Made by a program: the position numbers and the translations under genes. From Eledone cirrhosa (taxonomy: Eukaryota), in assembly GCA_964016885.1 (NCBI GenBank), contig OZ024747.1, positions 19,964,001 to 20,028,000 of the forward strand: 64,000 nt of DNA, written 5' to 3'. The notes under the pieces were generated by a model that did not search any database, was not told the DNA's origin, and saw nothing but the letters and a program-made list of their open reading frames with translations. Shown in pieces: positions 29,168 through 43,484 of the stretch. Positions within the stretch are counted from its first letter, which is position 1. Each line of letters begins with the position of its first letter.

Positions 29168-29360
29168 GTGGATTGGCAGTATCGGTAGAGGGTCGGACGC
29201 CATGCTTTGACGCATAGTGTTACGGTCCTTGCCATTCTGAGTTCAAATCCCGCCGAGCCTAACTTTGCCTTTCATCCTTACGGGGTCGATAAAATAAAGT
29301 ACCAGTAATGCACTGGGTATTTTCTGGTCTTGTGCCAAAAGTAGAAACAATTATTATTAT
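29168..29360 (+). mobile_element. SINE family A, full length
   Basis: Head, core and (ATT)n tail present. Confidence 0.9.
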
Positions 29361-29994
29361 TATATTATAGTTTAGATTTGACATCGTTTAAACTAAAGAT
29401 TTTGAGAGAGTTTAGAGATACAACAACAATAATTATTATGGTGTTGTTGTTAGCTGTTTGACCGTGTCACTAAATCAGTCTATTTATATATTTTGGTGAC
29501 TTCCTCGCTTCTAGTCATGTGTAGTGGCACTACTCGCTTCCCTCTCTTAACAGTAGGTAGTGAGGGAATAGTGGTGGTAGCGATGATGCAGTGGTGACGG
29601 TGGTGTTGCAGTAGTGACGGTGTTGTTTTAGCTGTTGGTTTGAATCAAGCTAAATTTTTTGTGGTAGTGGTGCTGGTAGCGGCGGCCGTGGTGGTGTTGG
29701 TGGTAAAATTATTTGGCTGTTGTTTTCTTCCATTTGTGACCATTTGTAAACATTTTCTTTTTTGACTATAAAATTTCTGACACAAAATTAAATATTAAAT
29801 ATTGGAGCCCTATGCCATAATTTTATACGTTGTCACTTCCTGAGAGTTAGGACTGGTATCTTATGTCCCATTTGTAATGAGAATTATTCTATCACAATTG
29901 TTTTAAATATGTAAAAAATCAAAAACTTACGGGAGCGCTTCCATAACACTCTATCCACTATGTGCGTAACTTCCCTATTCCCTATTATTATTAT

Positions 29995-30162
29995 TATTTG
30001 TTATATTTATGCATAGTTTATTTTATATTTTTTATATCTACATTGTTAAATTAGGCTTGCTTGCCATTGTGCACTTTTAATCGACCTTATTGTAAGCCCC
30101 CACTGTCTCTGTCTTTGTATTGTCCCCTAAATGTCGACTGTTGTGGCTAATGAATGAAATCA
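29995..30162 (+). mobile_element. Tx1 LINE 3' UTR fragment
   Basis: Closely matches 36530-36690 and is followed by (TTA)n. Confidence 0.85.
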
Positions 30163-30187
30163 TTATTATTATTATTATTATTATTAT

Positions 30188-30798
<611 letters not shown>

Positions 30799-31021
30799 GC
30801 CGCACATGTGTGAAGACAGACAAGTCTACGGGGGAAAAGGTTCGTAGCTTTAAGCTGTTTTAAAGTGTCTTTTTTTGTATTTTCTTGTCATTAACGAAAC
30901 TTAAGGTACACATCTTGATTTACAGAGAGGGATACCTCTCAATATTCGGGCTTTAAGCCCGAATATTCAGATTTATTTTTAAAAGCTTCGAAAAAAATCG
31001 CTTCCCCACCAAAAAAAAATT

Positions 31022-32985
31022 ATGGAAATTTTCGAGCATGAAACGGTAAACAACGTTCAGGTCAAAAGTTTAAAGGCAGCCACTGCATATTTCACCACGA
31101 CTACGACGGCTACAGTCATGCCTGTCATCCACTCTACTGAATGTGAAGGCAAAACTAAAAAGCTACCATCACAACCTTCTGCCATAGCAGCAGTATCATC
31201 TGAAAACGACATCACCACCACCGCCACCACCACCACCACCACCACAACAACAACAACTCAGAGCAATAACGACAATAACACCGACAGCTTCAATGTAAAC
31301 AAGGATGGCGGTGGCAACAGCAAGAATGACAACAACAACAATAAGAGCATCATAAATACCACATTTGCTGCAGCAGCAGCAAAAACAAAGCGCTTATTGA
31401 ATATTGATATTGATATTAGTGATAAAGACGAACAGTTGGCCAAAGCGTGGAGGCTAATTAAACGGCAGAAGTCCTGGGCAAACCTGACCATCCCGGACGA
31501 GGCAATAGCGGCCATGCAAAGGAGGACGGTGCTCTTTCGATGTATTTCGGTGCAGACACGAAAAGTGGAACTTGCGAGCCAAGCAGAGGTAGAGGCTGCT
31601 TTGGAGTACATCGGAAGTAACATAGAGTACAAAGCAAGAGGCAAACAGTTCGGTACCATCTCAGTACTGTTCAAAACCGAGGCCCTCGCTATTAAGCACT
31701 CGGTGACCCCCTGCAGAACGGAACGCATTATCATGCATCCGTCCTATATGGGTAAAAGGACAGTGAAGGTACGCATTCCCAGCATCCCACCAGGAATGAA
31801 CATATGGTGGCTGCTGGGATGCGTAATCGAGGAGGGGACAGACACCACCCTCCTGGACATCAAAAGGACAGAGAGAGAGGACTGGTCCGGAATGGATTTG
31901 GAGATTCTTCTCCAAATGAAACCGGAGGATATGAATAACATCCCAGATTTTGCCCGCCTGCAGGACGGGACAACAATCCAACTAAAGATTGACGGAAGAA
32001 GGCCACGCTGCTTCGTTTGCGGGGAAGCAACGCATCTTCAAGCCTTCTGCCCTCAGCGCAAAAATGCAGGGGTTCGCAAACCTCCTTTGTTGCCAACGCC
32101 AGTGTCAGCACGGAAAACTGCACCACCACCACCACCAAAAACAACATCAACAAAAACACGGACACCAACATCAAAAGCAGCCGGATCACCACCAACACCA
32201 AAACCAATCCAAGGAGAAAACGAGGAAAGCTCTCCCACTCCCCCCCCCCCAATTATACACATAGACAAAAAAAAATAAACGCACACACAGACACAGAGAC
32301 ACTCACAGTCACAGACCCTTTGTCTTCCAGCAGCGAAGATGAAGGAAAACCCAAAAGTGCAAAAAAACAGAGAAAACTCACAAAAAAAAAAGCCCCAACA
32401 AAACACAAAAACACACACAACAAAAAATACACCACTAACGCAAACACATCAGCACATAACATCAGCACATCAGCAACATCGACACCACCTCCACAATCCC
32501 CAAAACGCAAACAACCTAAACAAACACAAGTACAAATAAACACAAATACCTGAAATTGCAGACACCACACCTACAACATAGACATACCCGAAACAACACC
32601 ACCAAAACCATCGCCACCACCTTCACCAAAACGAAAACAAATAAAACCATACCAACAAAATGTTAAAAACTTCGTGCTTGTCAGAAGGGCCAACGATAAA
32701 CTGATGGCCCTCTTAGCGCGAAGCGAGGACATTCAAACAGAGGGGGAGATTTTTGAAATGAGCACATTTTGCGTGCCAGAAGATTTGCTTCTGGTCCGAA
32801 TGTCACTCAATCCCTTCAAAGAAATTCGAGAGAGCTTTCCTCAAGACGTGGGAAACCCGAATGTGAAACCCACATCAAGACTTTTAAAGGGGTTCCCAAA
32901 AGAAACCCCACCAACCATGGAGGTCGCCCCACCCGACCTTCACAAGACCCGGGAGGTAAGTAAACCTTTCCTCTTTCTCTCTTAG
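31022..32985 (+). pseudogene. Tx1 ORF1 (nucleic-acid-binding protein), interrupted at homopolymer runs
   Basis: 418-aa ORF with CFVCGEATHLQAFC (CX2CX4HX4C) and a Pro/Thr-rich tail, continuing in 32674-32985. Confidence 0.75.
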
Positions 32986-32994
32986 CTTACCAAT

Positions 32995-35900
32995 ATGGCC
33001 ATATTAAGAGTAGGAAGTTTAAATGTTCGCGGCCTGGGGTCACCCTGGAAGCAGGCTCGCCTGCTCAACGACCTCCGGTCGCTGGAAATGGATGTGATTG
33101 CTGTAAGCGAGACCAGAATTTCCGACACGCGCGCACTAGCCCCCATTTTCGACGACTATCAGATCTTCGCATCTGTTAGCAGGCCGGGAATGGGGGGGGG
33201 GGGCAGTGCTGTTTAGGAAAGGACTGGATCTCGAGGTAAGGTCGATCTTCCGGGACCCGGACGGTAAGTTGGTGGTCTTGGATGTAAGCAGTAGCGAAGG
33301 TGGTGCCTTTAGACTGCTGGCCGTCTACGCCCCTACAGGGGCCGGACGACCTGACTTCTTTAGGCGCCTGGAGACCTTTATGGGTACGTCTCGCCCTTTA
33401 CTGTTAGCGGGGGACTGGAATGGCATCTTAGACGCACGCTGGGATTGTGTGGGAGTAGCCGAGAGGAGCGGGGGGTGCAAAAGCCTCAAGCACCTACTCA
33501 GCCAGTTCCAACTGTCTGACAGGTATCGACTAGATTTCCCCAATGTGCCAGTATGGACATGGACCAACCGAATGGGGTCATCTAGATCGTATATAGACAG
33601 AATCTTCATTAGGAAAATAGATAGAAATAGTGTGGGCTGTCCACTTTTTAAAACGGTCGCCTATTCAGATCACAAATTTGTGATCTGTACGGTCGACCTA
33701 AATAAAACGCGTAGGTTAGGACCGGGTTACTGGAAGCTGAACATGTCATTTCCGGCACGTAAGGCTTACAGGGACCGAGTCAACAAGTTAGTTAAGCAAA
33801 AGTTGACAGGGGGGATCATCAACAACAGATGGTTGGGGGGGGGGGGGGGGCTCTCAAAAGAGAGATTAGAGTAACTTCGATAGAGTTCAGCAAAGAACTA
33901 GCGTTAAAGAAAAATAGAAAGGAGGGGGAGCTGGTAGATAAGTTAGACGAGGCTATTTGTAGTGGCATCGCAAATGACGTGCTAGCGGCGAGAATGGCAT
34001 TAGACCATTTCTTCAATGCCAAACACGAAGGTTTCATTGTCAGAGCTAAGGCGCGTGCGCTGAGAAACGAGGGAACTAAAGCTGTTCGATGGGCCCGCGT
34101 GGCGGAGGCGCAGCGTGGTAATAAAACCACAATTCGGTCTTTGGCGGATCGAGACGGGCACGAGATAAGCGATTCCAAGCGGATGTGTGAGGCCTTTCGC
34201 CAGCACTTTGCTCGGTTGTTCAGGGAGAGTGGCGAGTCAGAGAGAGTAGCGGATTTCAATCCCTACCTCGACGGCTTGCCGCGCATCTCGACGGTCGACG
34301 CTGAGCGCTGCGAAAGGCCGATTTCTTCAGCCGAAATTCAGGACGCCCTTGTCGGCTGCATGAGGCGCAAGTCACCCGGTTTGGATGGCCTGCCCTACGA
34401 GCTTTACGTAAATATGCCAGAGTTGTTCTCCGAACTCCTCGAAGCACTCTACTGTAACTGGCAGCAGAATGGGAGTATTCCCAGTTCTGTGAGCAGGGGA
34501 GTGGTGACGCTGATAAGGAAAGACGAGAACAAGAGGGATACATTAGACAACTTCAGGCCCATAACTCTGCTCAACACAGAGTTTAAGATTTTGGCCAAGG
34601 TGTTAGCAAAGAGATTGGCGCTTGTCGTCGAGGATTTGGTTGGGGAGGCGCAAACTTGCGCAATCCCAGCCAGGTCCATACACAACAATCTCCACCTCAT
34701 GCGATACATCATAGAGAGGGTAGGGTGTAAACCTGGCTTCGGTGGGGCACTGATCAATTTAGATGAATCGAAAGCATTCGATAGGGTCGACCATCGGTAT
34801 CTGGAGTTTGTCCTCAAAGCAGCTGGCTTCGGCCCTGTCTTTAGAAGCTGGATCGTTGCAATGCACAGCGGCACACGCTCGGTGGTCAAGGTTAATGGCC
34901 ACCTCTCGGAACCATTTCGGCTCTCCCGATCGGTCCGTCAAGGGTGCCCTCTCTCTTCCCTTCTGTACGTATTGACTCTCGAGCCTTTACTGCGGAAGCT
35001 GGAGCTGTTGCAGGGCATCCCGCTCGAACCGGGACGTGGAAAGGCGGTGTCGGCTTATGCGGACGACATCACCGTGATGGTGTCGAACACCTCAGAAATC
35101 GAGGTGGTCGGCACCTTATTGAAGGAATATGAAAGGTTGACAGGAGCCAAACTTAACCCGGAAAAGTCGTCGGAACCTGGAGAGGCAAGCCGATGCCGTC
35201 CAACAGCGTCGTGGGGCGCTGGACGGACGGACCAGTAAAGTTGCTCGGGGTTTGGTTCGGACCAGACCTCCAGGTGGAAAAGAATTGGGACGAGGTAACG
35301 AGCAGAATAGCCAGTCTCACCCAAAAATGGCTGGGAGGAAGCTATCACTGAAAGGTCGCGCGGAGGTGGAGAATGCGTACATCGCGTCCGTTATCTACTA
35401 CCGCCTAACCGTCGTGCCTTGCCCCCGTCCGCGCCTCGTCAAGTTGGAACGGCTCCTCTTCAAATTCTTGTGGAGGGGACAAGTTCCGTTGGTGAAGCGG
35501 TCCATCTGCTGCCAGCACCCTCTACGCGGAGGGCTGGGCATGCCGTGGCTAATGATGCGCAGACATGCATTGAGGCTGCGACATCTCCAGATATTCTGCC
35601 TCAATGGTGAACAGGTGTGGTCGCCGTTTATCAGACGGGTCTTTCCGCAGCTCATTTCTTTGACTGAGCTGCAGTCCTGGGTCAAGAAGAGACCGAGACT
35701 GGGTGACTGGCACCTGGAATGTTGCCAGGCACTCACTGCCCTCTACCAAGCGGGCAATGCGATCAGTGGAACTTCCACTCTCGAGTTCTATAGAGGATTT
35801 GTGGTGGGCAAGTGCGATGACGCACTCGGAGAAGCTTTGGGCCTCGACGAAGTCGAACTGACCAGTCTGTACCGGAGGACTTTTGAGCCGGGGACGATGG

Positions 35901-36410
35901 ACAATTTCCAGAAATCCCTCGCTTGGCAGTGCTACCGGGGGGCACTGCCGGTTCGGGATAAACTCTACAGGCACGGAAGTGCTGTCAGACGGACCTGCCC
36001 AAGATGCGCACAGAACGACGAAACCGTTCTGCTCGCACTTGTCCAATGTCCGTGCATTACTGACTTGTGAAGTTATGTCGAACAGCTACTGTCGCGTGTG
36101 GAACGAATCCGGCTATCGACCGAGTCCATAGTGAAGATCGAGCCGCCACCTTCCTTAGGTCAGGAAGAGCAGGACATTTTCCTCTGTCTGGTGGCAGTTG
36201 CGAAAGAGATTATATGGTGGACCAGGTTGAAAGGACTAAAGACAGACACTTTTCTCTTCGGCCAATCCCTCATCAACTTCTTCAAGTTTCACCTGCAAAG
36301 GAGGGTGAGGGTGGAGAGAGAAGTGCTTCCCCCCAGTACATTTGCTAAAAGGTGGGTGAATGTGGCGAGAATGGCTCGTGTGAATGGGCCTACTCTGACC
36401 ATGCGCCTAT
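32995..36410 (+). pseudogene. Tx1 ORF2 (APE endonuclease, reverse transcriptase, C-terminal Zn motif), frameshifted
   Basis: SLNVRGL, SET, VYAP, GDWN, IDRIF, SDHK, GYWKLN, KSPGLDGLP, FRPITLLN, KAFDRV, RQGCPLS, AYADD and CPRC. Some breaks fall at poly-G runs. Confidence 0.92.
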
Positions 36411-36688
36411 AGGCTGGCTAACTTGAGGAGAGGGGTGCTCTCCTGGGTGCCCTAGAAGCGCAGGGTGGTTCAGGATTGGTGGGGTACCCGAATCACCCCA
36501 GGGTCGTCCACCCCCTATCGGGGAATTTATTTTGTTGTATTTATGCATAGTTTATTTTATATTTTTATATTTTCATTGTTAAATTAGTCTTGCCATTGTG
36601 CACTTTTACTCGACCTTATTGTAAACCCCCACTGTCCCTGTCTTTGTATTGTCCCCTACATGTCGGCCCTTGTGGCTAATAAATGAAA

Positions 36689-36723
<35 letters not shown>

Positions 36724-36732
36724 GTTGTTGTT

Positions 36733-37269
36733 ATTCCTTGAATCTCAGTCATTGATGTTGGTTAACTGGAAAGTCCGTTGGATTGAATATCAAGCCACTA
36801 CCTGCAGCCTCAGATATTCAGGACGTATCGGAGGGTTCTTGCTGTTCCAAGCAAGCATGCCTTTTGAAGCGTTCCAAAAAGCGTGAAGGGGCCGATTTTC
36901 TTTAACCATCCCTGGAAACTTTTGGAGATAGTCCCCAGTGCGCCTATGACAATCGGGATCACTTTGACTTCATGGCAGTTCCAAATCCTTTTCACCTCCC
37001 ACTTTAGGTCCTGGTATCGGTTAATTTTCTCCCTCTCCTTCTCTTGCACTCTCGTGTCGAACGGGCAGGCCACATCCACAATCAAGCACGATCTTTTTTC
37101 TTTGTCCACAACCACCAGGTCAGGTCTATTGTGTTCCAGTTTTTTGTCCGTCTGTATCCCAAAATCCCACAGCACCTTCACCTGATTGTTCTCCATCACC
37201 GCCTCTGGCCTATGCTCATACCATTTCTCAGAATGTGGTAAATTGTTTACTTTGCACAGGTGCCAGTGG

Positions 37270-37270
<1 letters not shown>
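36733..37270 (-). mobile_element. R4/Dong LINE, 5'-truncated
   Basis: IHWHLC...HNRPDLV...LRYVLNI, flanked by (TAA)n and nearly identical to 51150-51690. Confidence 0.95.
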
Positions 37271-37319
<49 letters not shown>

Positions 37320-37463
37320 GTTCATAGCCAGTGTTGCACTATAATTACTATCTCTACTCAAACTTAATATTCCTGTCATCCCCTTCCGTCTCCTCTTCCT
37401 TCTTCTCTCCCCCTCGTCCTCTTCTTCCATCTCCTCCTCCTTCTTCCCTTCCATCTCCTCCGC

Positions 37464-37501
<38 letters not shown>

Positions 37502-37868
37502 ATATCGATCGATTTTGTAACTCAGTTTTGTTGCATTTAGTTGTGTCTCGTCTCACTCATCGGTAACACTGGTGGGAACAGTGAGTGTGTTGATGCTAGG
37601 GATGATGATGGTGATGATGATGATGATGGTGATGATCGTGATGATGATGATGATGATGATGATGACGGTGATGGTGATGAAAATAATAATAGTAGCAATA
37701 GTAATAATAATAGTAATAATAATAGTAATAACAATAACAAATGCCGGCGTTGTTGATGTTTATGCGAGAAATGTTTTCTTTAATTTTATCAATATTTAAA
37801 ATAAATAATAAAGTAAACATTGTTAATGGAGTTTCATCATCGTTATTGTTATTATTATTACTATTATA

Positions 37869-38060
37869 GGCGGTGGATTGGCAGTATCGGTAGAGGGTCG
37901 GACGCCATGCTTTCCAGCATAGTTACGTCCCTTTACGATCTGAGTTCAAATCCCGCCGAGGTTGACTTTGCCTTTCATCCCTATGGGATCGATGGAATAA
38001 AGTACCAGTAATGCACTGGGTAATTGCTGGCCTTGTGCCTAACGTAGAAACAATTATTAT
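37869..38060 (+). mobile_element. SINE family A, full length, in TTA-rich sequence
   Basis: Head ggcggtggattggcagtatcggtaga, B-box, core and tail. Confidence 0.92.
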
Positions 38061-38622
38061 TACTATTATAATTATTGCTATTATTTTTATTGTTATGTTA
38101 TCATTATTATTGTTGTTGTTGTTATTATTACTCATAATGATAATAATAAAAACATATTAATACTAATAATAATAGTGCAACCCCCCCAACAACAATAATA
38201 ATATTTATATCAATTATGTAATCGTTGTTCTCGCATTATTGTTTTATAGTGTTTCTGTCTGTTCGTCCTCTATTATTTTCCTTCTTACCATTTATTATAG
38301 TTACCATTTTTTTATATAAAGTTTCCTGTTTATATTTCATTTCATGCATAACTGATTTTTACCAATTCGCAGAGTCACAATAAACAATAGACTAAGTTCA
38401 TGAAACGTATCGGCAACACAATCCCAGCTTCTCAATTCGAATACTAATGTTATTTAATATTCCATTTTTTATGGAGAAAAATTACTCATTTACTTTGATT
38501 GAGTATATAACGTCATTATAAAAAAAAACTGGTTTCTCGGTCTGTCATTCATAGAAAACAAATCCTCTAGTATTGTTACATATTTCTGCTTTAACGTTGA
38601 AGGCTATATATCTATCTAGGTA

Positions 38623-38672
<50 letters not shown>

Positions 38673-38680
<8 letters not shown>

Positions 38681-39090
38681 TAAGAGGAATTCCAACTTTG
38701 TCTGATTTACTCGTTTTATTTACAATCCTTTAAAATTTATAATGGTATTATAATGAAATAGTATGATAGAATATTAAATTCTAAGTGTTAATTGAACAAG
38801 TACTTTCATGCTTTCGCAATCTTCAGGTTCATAATATGTGGTGACAGTCGAGTTTGCAATTTTCAACAAACTCGACTGTCACCACATATTATGAACCTGA
38901 AGATTGCGAAAGCATGAAAGTACTTGTTCAATTAACACTTAGAATTTAATATTCTATCATACTATTTCATTATAATACCATTATAAATGTTAAAGGATTG
39001 TAAATAAAACGAGTAAATCAGACAAAGTTGGAATTTCTCTTATTAATATAATCTTCTATACACAATCATACACACCCGTGTATATTTACC
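38673..39090 (+). mobile_element. Palindromic PLE insertion in (AT)n
   Basis: Arms 38673-38856 and 38867-39050 with a short tail. Confidence 0.85.
38892..38930 (+). ncRNA. Minimal type I hammerhead ribozyme (mirror copy at about 38793-38831)
   Basis: tgaac-CTGAAGA-T-tgc gaaa gca-T-GAAA-gtac-TT-gttca. Confidence 0.7.
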
Positions 39091-39106
39091 TATCTATATC
39101 TATATC

Positions 39107-39237
<131 letters not shown>

Positions 39238-39372
39238 GCGCGCGCGTGTGTGTGTGTATGTATATATATATATGAAATGTGTTGATAAAATATAAATTAC
39301 TGTATTCACAATATTCGGCCAAATGAATGGACCAAACTGAAGCTTCGAAGTCAGGGCTACATTTCTATTGAG

Positions 39373-39449
<77 letters not shown>

Positions 39450-40844
39450 AATAATTGTTATAAATACTATATATTTTATAATCATTGGCTAAGGAAACGA
39501 GTGCCTATATATGACTTTGATAATCGGTCATCAAAAATGTGTACAAGTACACTTGTTAATTAACACTTACACACATATACGCACACACACATATACGCTC
39601 ACACACTCACACACATATACGCTAAATGGGAAGAAGAGGGTGAGAAACCTGATAGAGAGGAAATTAATGCTTTTGATCAGCGTCTTGCTTGATCAGCATG
39701 TATATGCGAACAATTTATACTAAACATAAAATGAATCAAAATTGTTTTTTTTTTTATTAGGTTTATTTATATATTAAATAGACTAAAGCTGGTTTGCATT
39801 GTTCTGTTTATTTTTAGTTTGCTTTTATAACATGTATACATGTGTTAAAACGAAGCAATTCATATTGTAGAAATATAAATAACTAGGTGGAAATAAGTTC
39901 AGCAGGTTGAAGATATGTATTGTTCTGGGTTAGGGATACTTGAATAATATACCGATACTTGAATAAGATACCGCATGCCTGGTAGACATGATGGGAATAC
40001 ATTTTTGAGAAGCAAGAGATTCCTACATTGTGTCTTTTTTATTATTTAAATGCTAATGAAGATGAAATACAATTTAAGTGGACCGAGAGAAGTTAAATGT
40101 TTGTACAGTAAAATGTAATGTATGAGAATGATGTAATAGCAAGCTAAATCAAAAAAGTTTAATCGACAGAGTTTTCACGCATGTCAGCTTGAAACTTGAC
40201 CTAGGGGAGTCTCTTTATGAAAGGATTATTTGATCTGAGTCAGCAATTCAAATATGACAGATCAATGTATGCACAAGATTTTGCAAATGGAAACTATAAG
40301 CCACAAGCGTGTAGGAAATGTGATCATAGAAAAATATCTTTTCTGTTTCCTTCTCTTTCCATACTTACATAATATAATACAACTTCTATACTACTCTACT
40401 CCATACCTTAACACATATTACCATCACTACATTATATTCCACCACTTAATAGTATACTTCTCAGACTCTAGTATACGTACACTAACACGTGTACGTTTTC
40501 GCTTTTCAAATTTACATATTGACATTATTCTCTTTGTTTTAATACGTATTTCGTGAACTAGCGTTTGTAGCGCGCATTACATCTAAGAGTATCTTATAAA
40601 CTCGTATAAGCATCTGAAGAATTGGGCAAAATTTTGATCACAAATACATTCTGAAGATATGATCAATATTGGGTCTTGAAACCTTAGACAGCGCTTTTGC
40701 TCCGTGTATGAGCATAAATAATATATATATATATATATATATATATTAATTATGTTCATACACGGAGCAAAGGCGCTGTGTCCAAGGTTTCATATATACA
40801 CGAAACCTCAGGCACAGCGCTTTTGCTCCCACTAAACACAATAA

Positions 40845-41505
40845 CAGGAAATGAAAAATTATTTGGTTTACACCCCTCCTTCTCTCTAACTGTTAAAACT
40901 AACGTAGGAAGAAAATTCCTCGACCTCCTTGACAAACATTTCCCTCCTAATCATAGATATAATAAGATATTCAATAGAAAGTAGTTAAAATCAGTTACTC
41001 TTGCTGCCCATCAATGAAAACTAAAATTACCAACTCTAATGGTACTAGAGTAAATCCAGGATGCAGTTGCAGGAAGCCGGAAGAATGCCCATTACAGGGT
41101 AAATGTAATACCAAATCTATTGTATATGAGGCCAAATTGACACCAATGATTAATAACCAGCCAGCCAGGAGTGAACGATATGTTGGCATGACTCAGGACA
41201 TATTTAAAACAAGGTATTATGTACATGTCGCTTCTTTCAAACACCCTGAAAAAGAGAACAGCAACGGAGCTGGCAAATAAAGAGTGGTAATTCAAAGACA
41301 AACAAATTCCGTACACTATTGATTGGTCTATTTTAGACCATTCAAGAGAATACCAAACGGGCACAAAAAAATGTTCTTTGTGTACTACAGAAACATTTAG
41401 AATTTTCCAAAACTTTAAAACCCCTACCACTTGTCTCAACTCTAATACCGAGATCTTTAGATGTTGTCCGCAGCTAAAATCGCATCTACTTTTTAACTGG
41501 ATTAA
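40845..41505 (+). mobile_element. Penelope-like (Naiad-type) C-terminal linker and GIY-YIG fragment
   Basis: [67 protein letters not shown] and CSLC. Confidence 0.85.
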
Positions 41506-42027
41506 CGCACCAACGATTACTCACCACATTGAGCTTCTTCTTTACTTATCAAGCCTCCCACTCACTACAATTACATTACCTTATGAACACATACTTTCTA
41601 CCAATATATACTTTTTCTCCCTCATCTCTTTCATTTGACTTATATTTCCCCCCTGCTATATCATTTGAATAAATATCACCCCCCCCCCCACTATCTACCA
41701 TACTTTTAATACGTACACACCCACCACCTTTATCCTTTACCCAGATCACTTTTTAACTATATACGCTTATCCAGATCTCATCACAAAGACTAACTCTCTA
41801 CTACAACTTTTACACCCGTTTTCTCCCTTATCTGTTCTTAATAATTGTTTTTCTTATTTTATTTCAGATTTACTCCCCATTGTCCTTACTTACCCACTAG
41901 GTTTTTAAGTGTACTCACATAGGGTTATATGTGGGCGCATATGCAGTCAGGCTTATGTGTACTCACATATATACGTGTTTTTATATTTATATGTATGTGT
42001 GTGTATATATATATATATATATTTGTT

Positions 42028-42061
<34 letters not shown>

Positions 42062-42069
<8 letters not shown>

Positions 42070-42390
42070 AACAAAAGATGGTTAAAAGAGTTCCATGTAT
42101 TTTATTATGCGCATTTCAAAAACAAATATCATCATGCAATATTTGTGTTTTCATCAGATAAAACAGGAAGACATGATATGAAGGTTAAAAAACACTTGTG
42201 GATAGTGCAGTTTTAAATCAACATATCAACATATATTTGTTTTTGAAATGCGCATAATAAAATACATGGAACTCTTCTAACCATCTTTTGTTCTTATATA
42301 TTATATATACTCCAGTCCTACAAACTGTAGAGTGCTTCTTATCCGATATCTGCATTGCTTTATTGTACTACAATAAAACTCACCTCCTAC
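42062..42390 (+). mobile_element. Inverted-repeat PLE insertion in (AT)n
   Basis: Arms 42062-42129 and 42233-42300. Tail has TACTCC...GAGTGC at 42308-42335. Confidence 0.8.
42100..42163 (-). ncRNA. Type I hammerhead ribozyme
   Basis: Minus strand reads ttttat-CTGATGA-aaacacaaatat...atatttgttttt-GAAA-tgcgca-TA-ataaaa. Confidence 0.8.
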
Positions 42391-42696
42391 ATATATATAT
42401 ATATATATGTATATATATATTTGTTTATATGTATTTGTATATATGTATGCATGTGTTTGTATATATGTGTTTGTGTATATGTGAATATATGTGTATATAT
42501 GTGTGTACGGATTTACGTATATCTTTATCTGTATGAGTGTCTTGATTTCTTAACTGGTAAATAAAATAATTATCAAATGTTGTTTATTACATAACTAATA
42601 AGCTATGTAGCCTACATAGAGCACTCTTTTTTCCTGTACATTTCTGACGGAAATACTTCATTCACACACACACACGCGCGCGCGCGCGCGCACACA

Positions 42697-42820
<124 letters not shown>

Positions 42821-42866
42821 TTTCAGCCAGTTTTGTCCTAAGCCATGTCTAACTTAATAGCGTCAC

Positions 42867-43005
42867 CTATCGAGGTATTTCAAATAATGATTTGGGCAAC
42901 ATGGCCCACGGAAAAAGAGAGTTACTGTTTTCGGAGACATATCCGGGTGTAAGAGGTTTATCTGGAATTTCTTGGGGGAATTTGTCTACAGACATTTTAA
43001 ATTTC
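42867..43005 (-). mobile_element. Possible CR1-like LINE 3' remnant
   Basis: FKMSVDKFPQEIPDKPLTPGYVSENSNSL resembles the C-terminus of invertebrate CR1 ORF2. Confidence 0.45.
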
Positions 43006-43412
43006 ATGGTACATGTTGAAGTACATAATAGTGAGATGCAAGCTTCTAGGATGCATAGCATGTAAACGCATATTTTCGAGTCTGAATTAAACATATTTCA
43101 CATGTTACTATCGTGCTAGTCTAATGTATTCTCCAACATATTGTTAGCACAAACCCAGTATATTAGAGATAGTACAATCGATTACACATTATGTCAGATT
43201 TGAAATCCATTTCAATGCTGGACGTCTGTTGCTGATTATGTCATATACAGATGTTTGTTCTCTCATTACTTGCAGAAGGATAGTTTTAGTGTTGTGTATA
43301 TAATAGTTTGTTATTTGAGTTTAGTATTTAAGCATAAATTATCGTAGCAACATGAATTTCTTAATAACAATATAAACAACGAAACCAACAACAGCAACAA
43401 CTACAACAGCGG

Positions 43413-43454
<42 letters not shown>

Positions 43455-43484
43455 CGACAACAGCAATAATAATAATAATAATCA

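Noticed and set aside
40605-40700. Two CTGAAGA motifs as hammerheads (also a degenerate one at about 20790-20835 on the minus strand)
   Set aside because: Stems I and III or the cleavage triplet could not be formed convincingly, so these are at most decayed copies.
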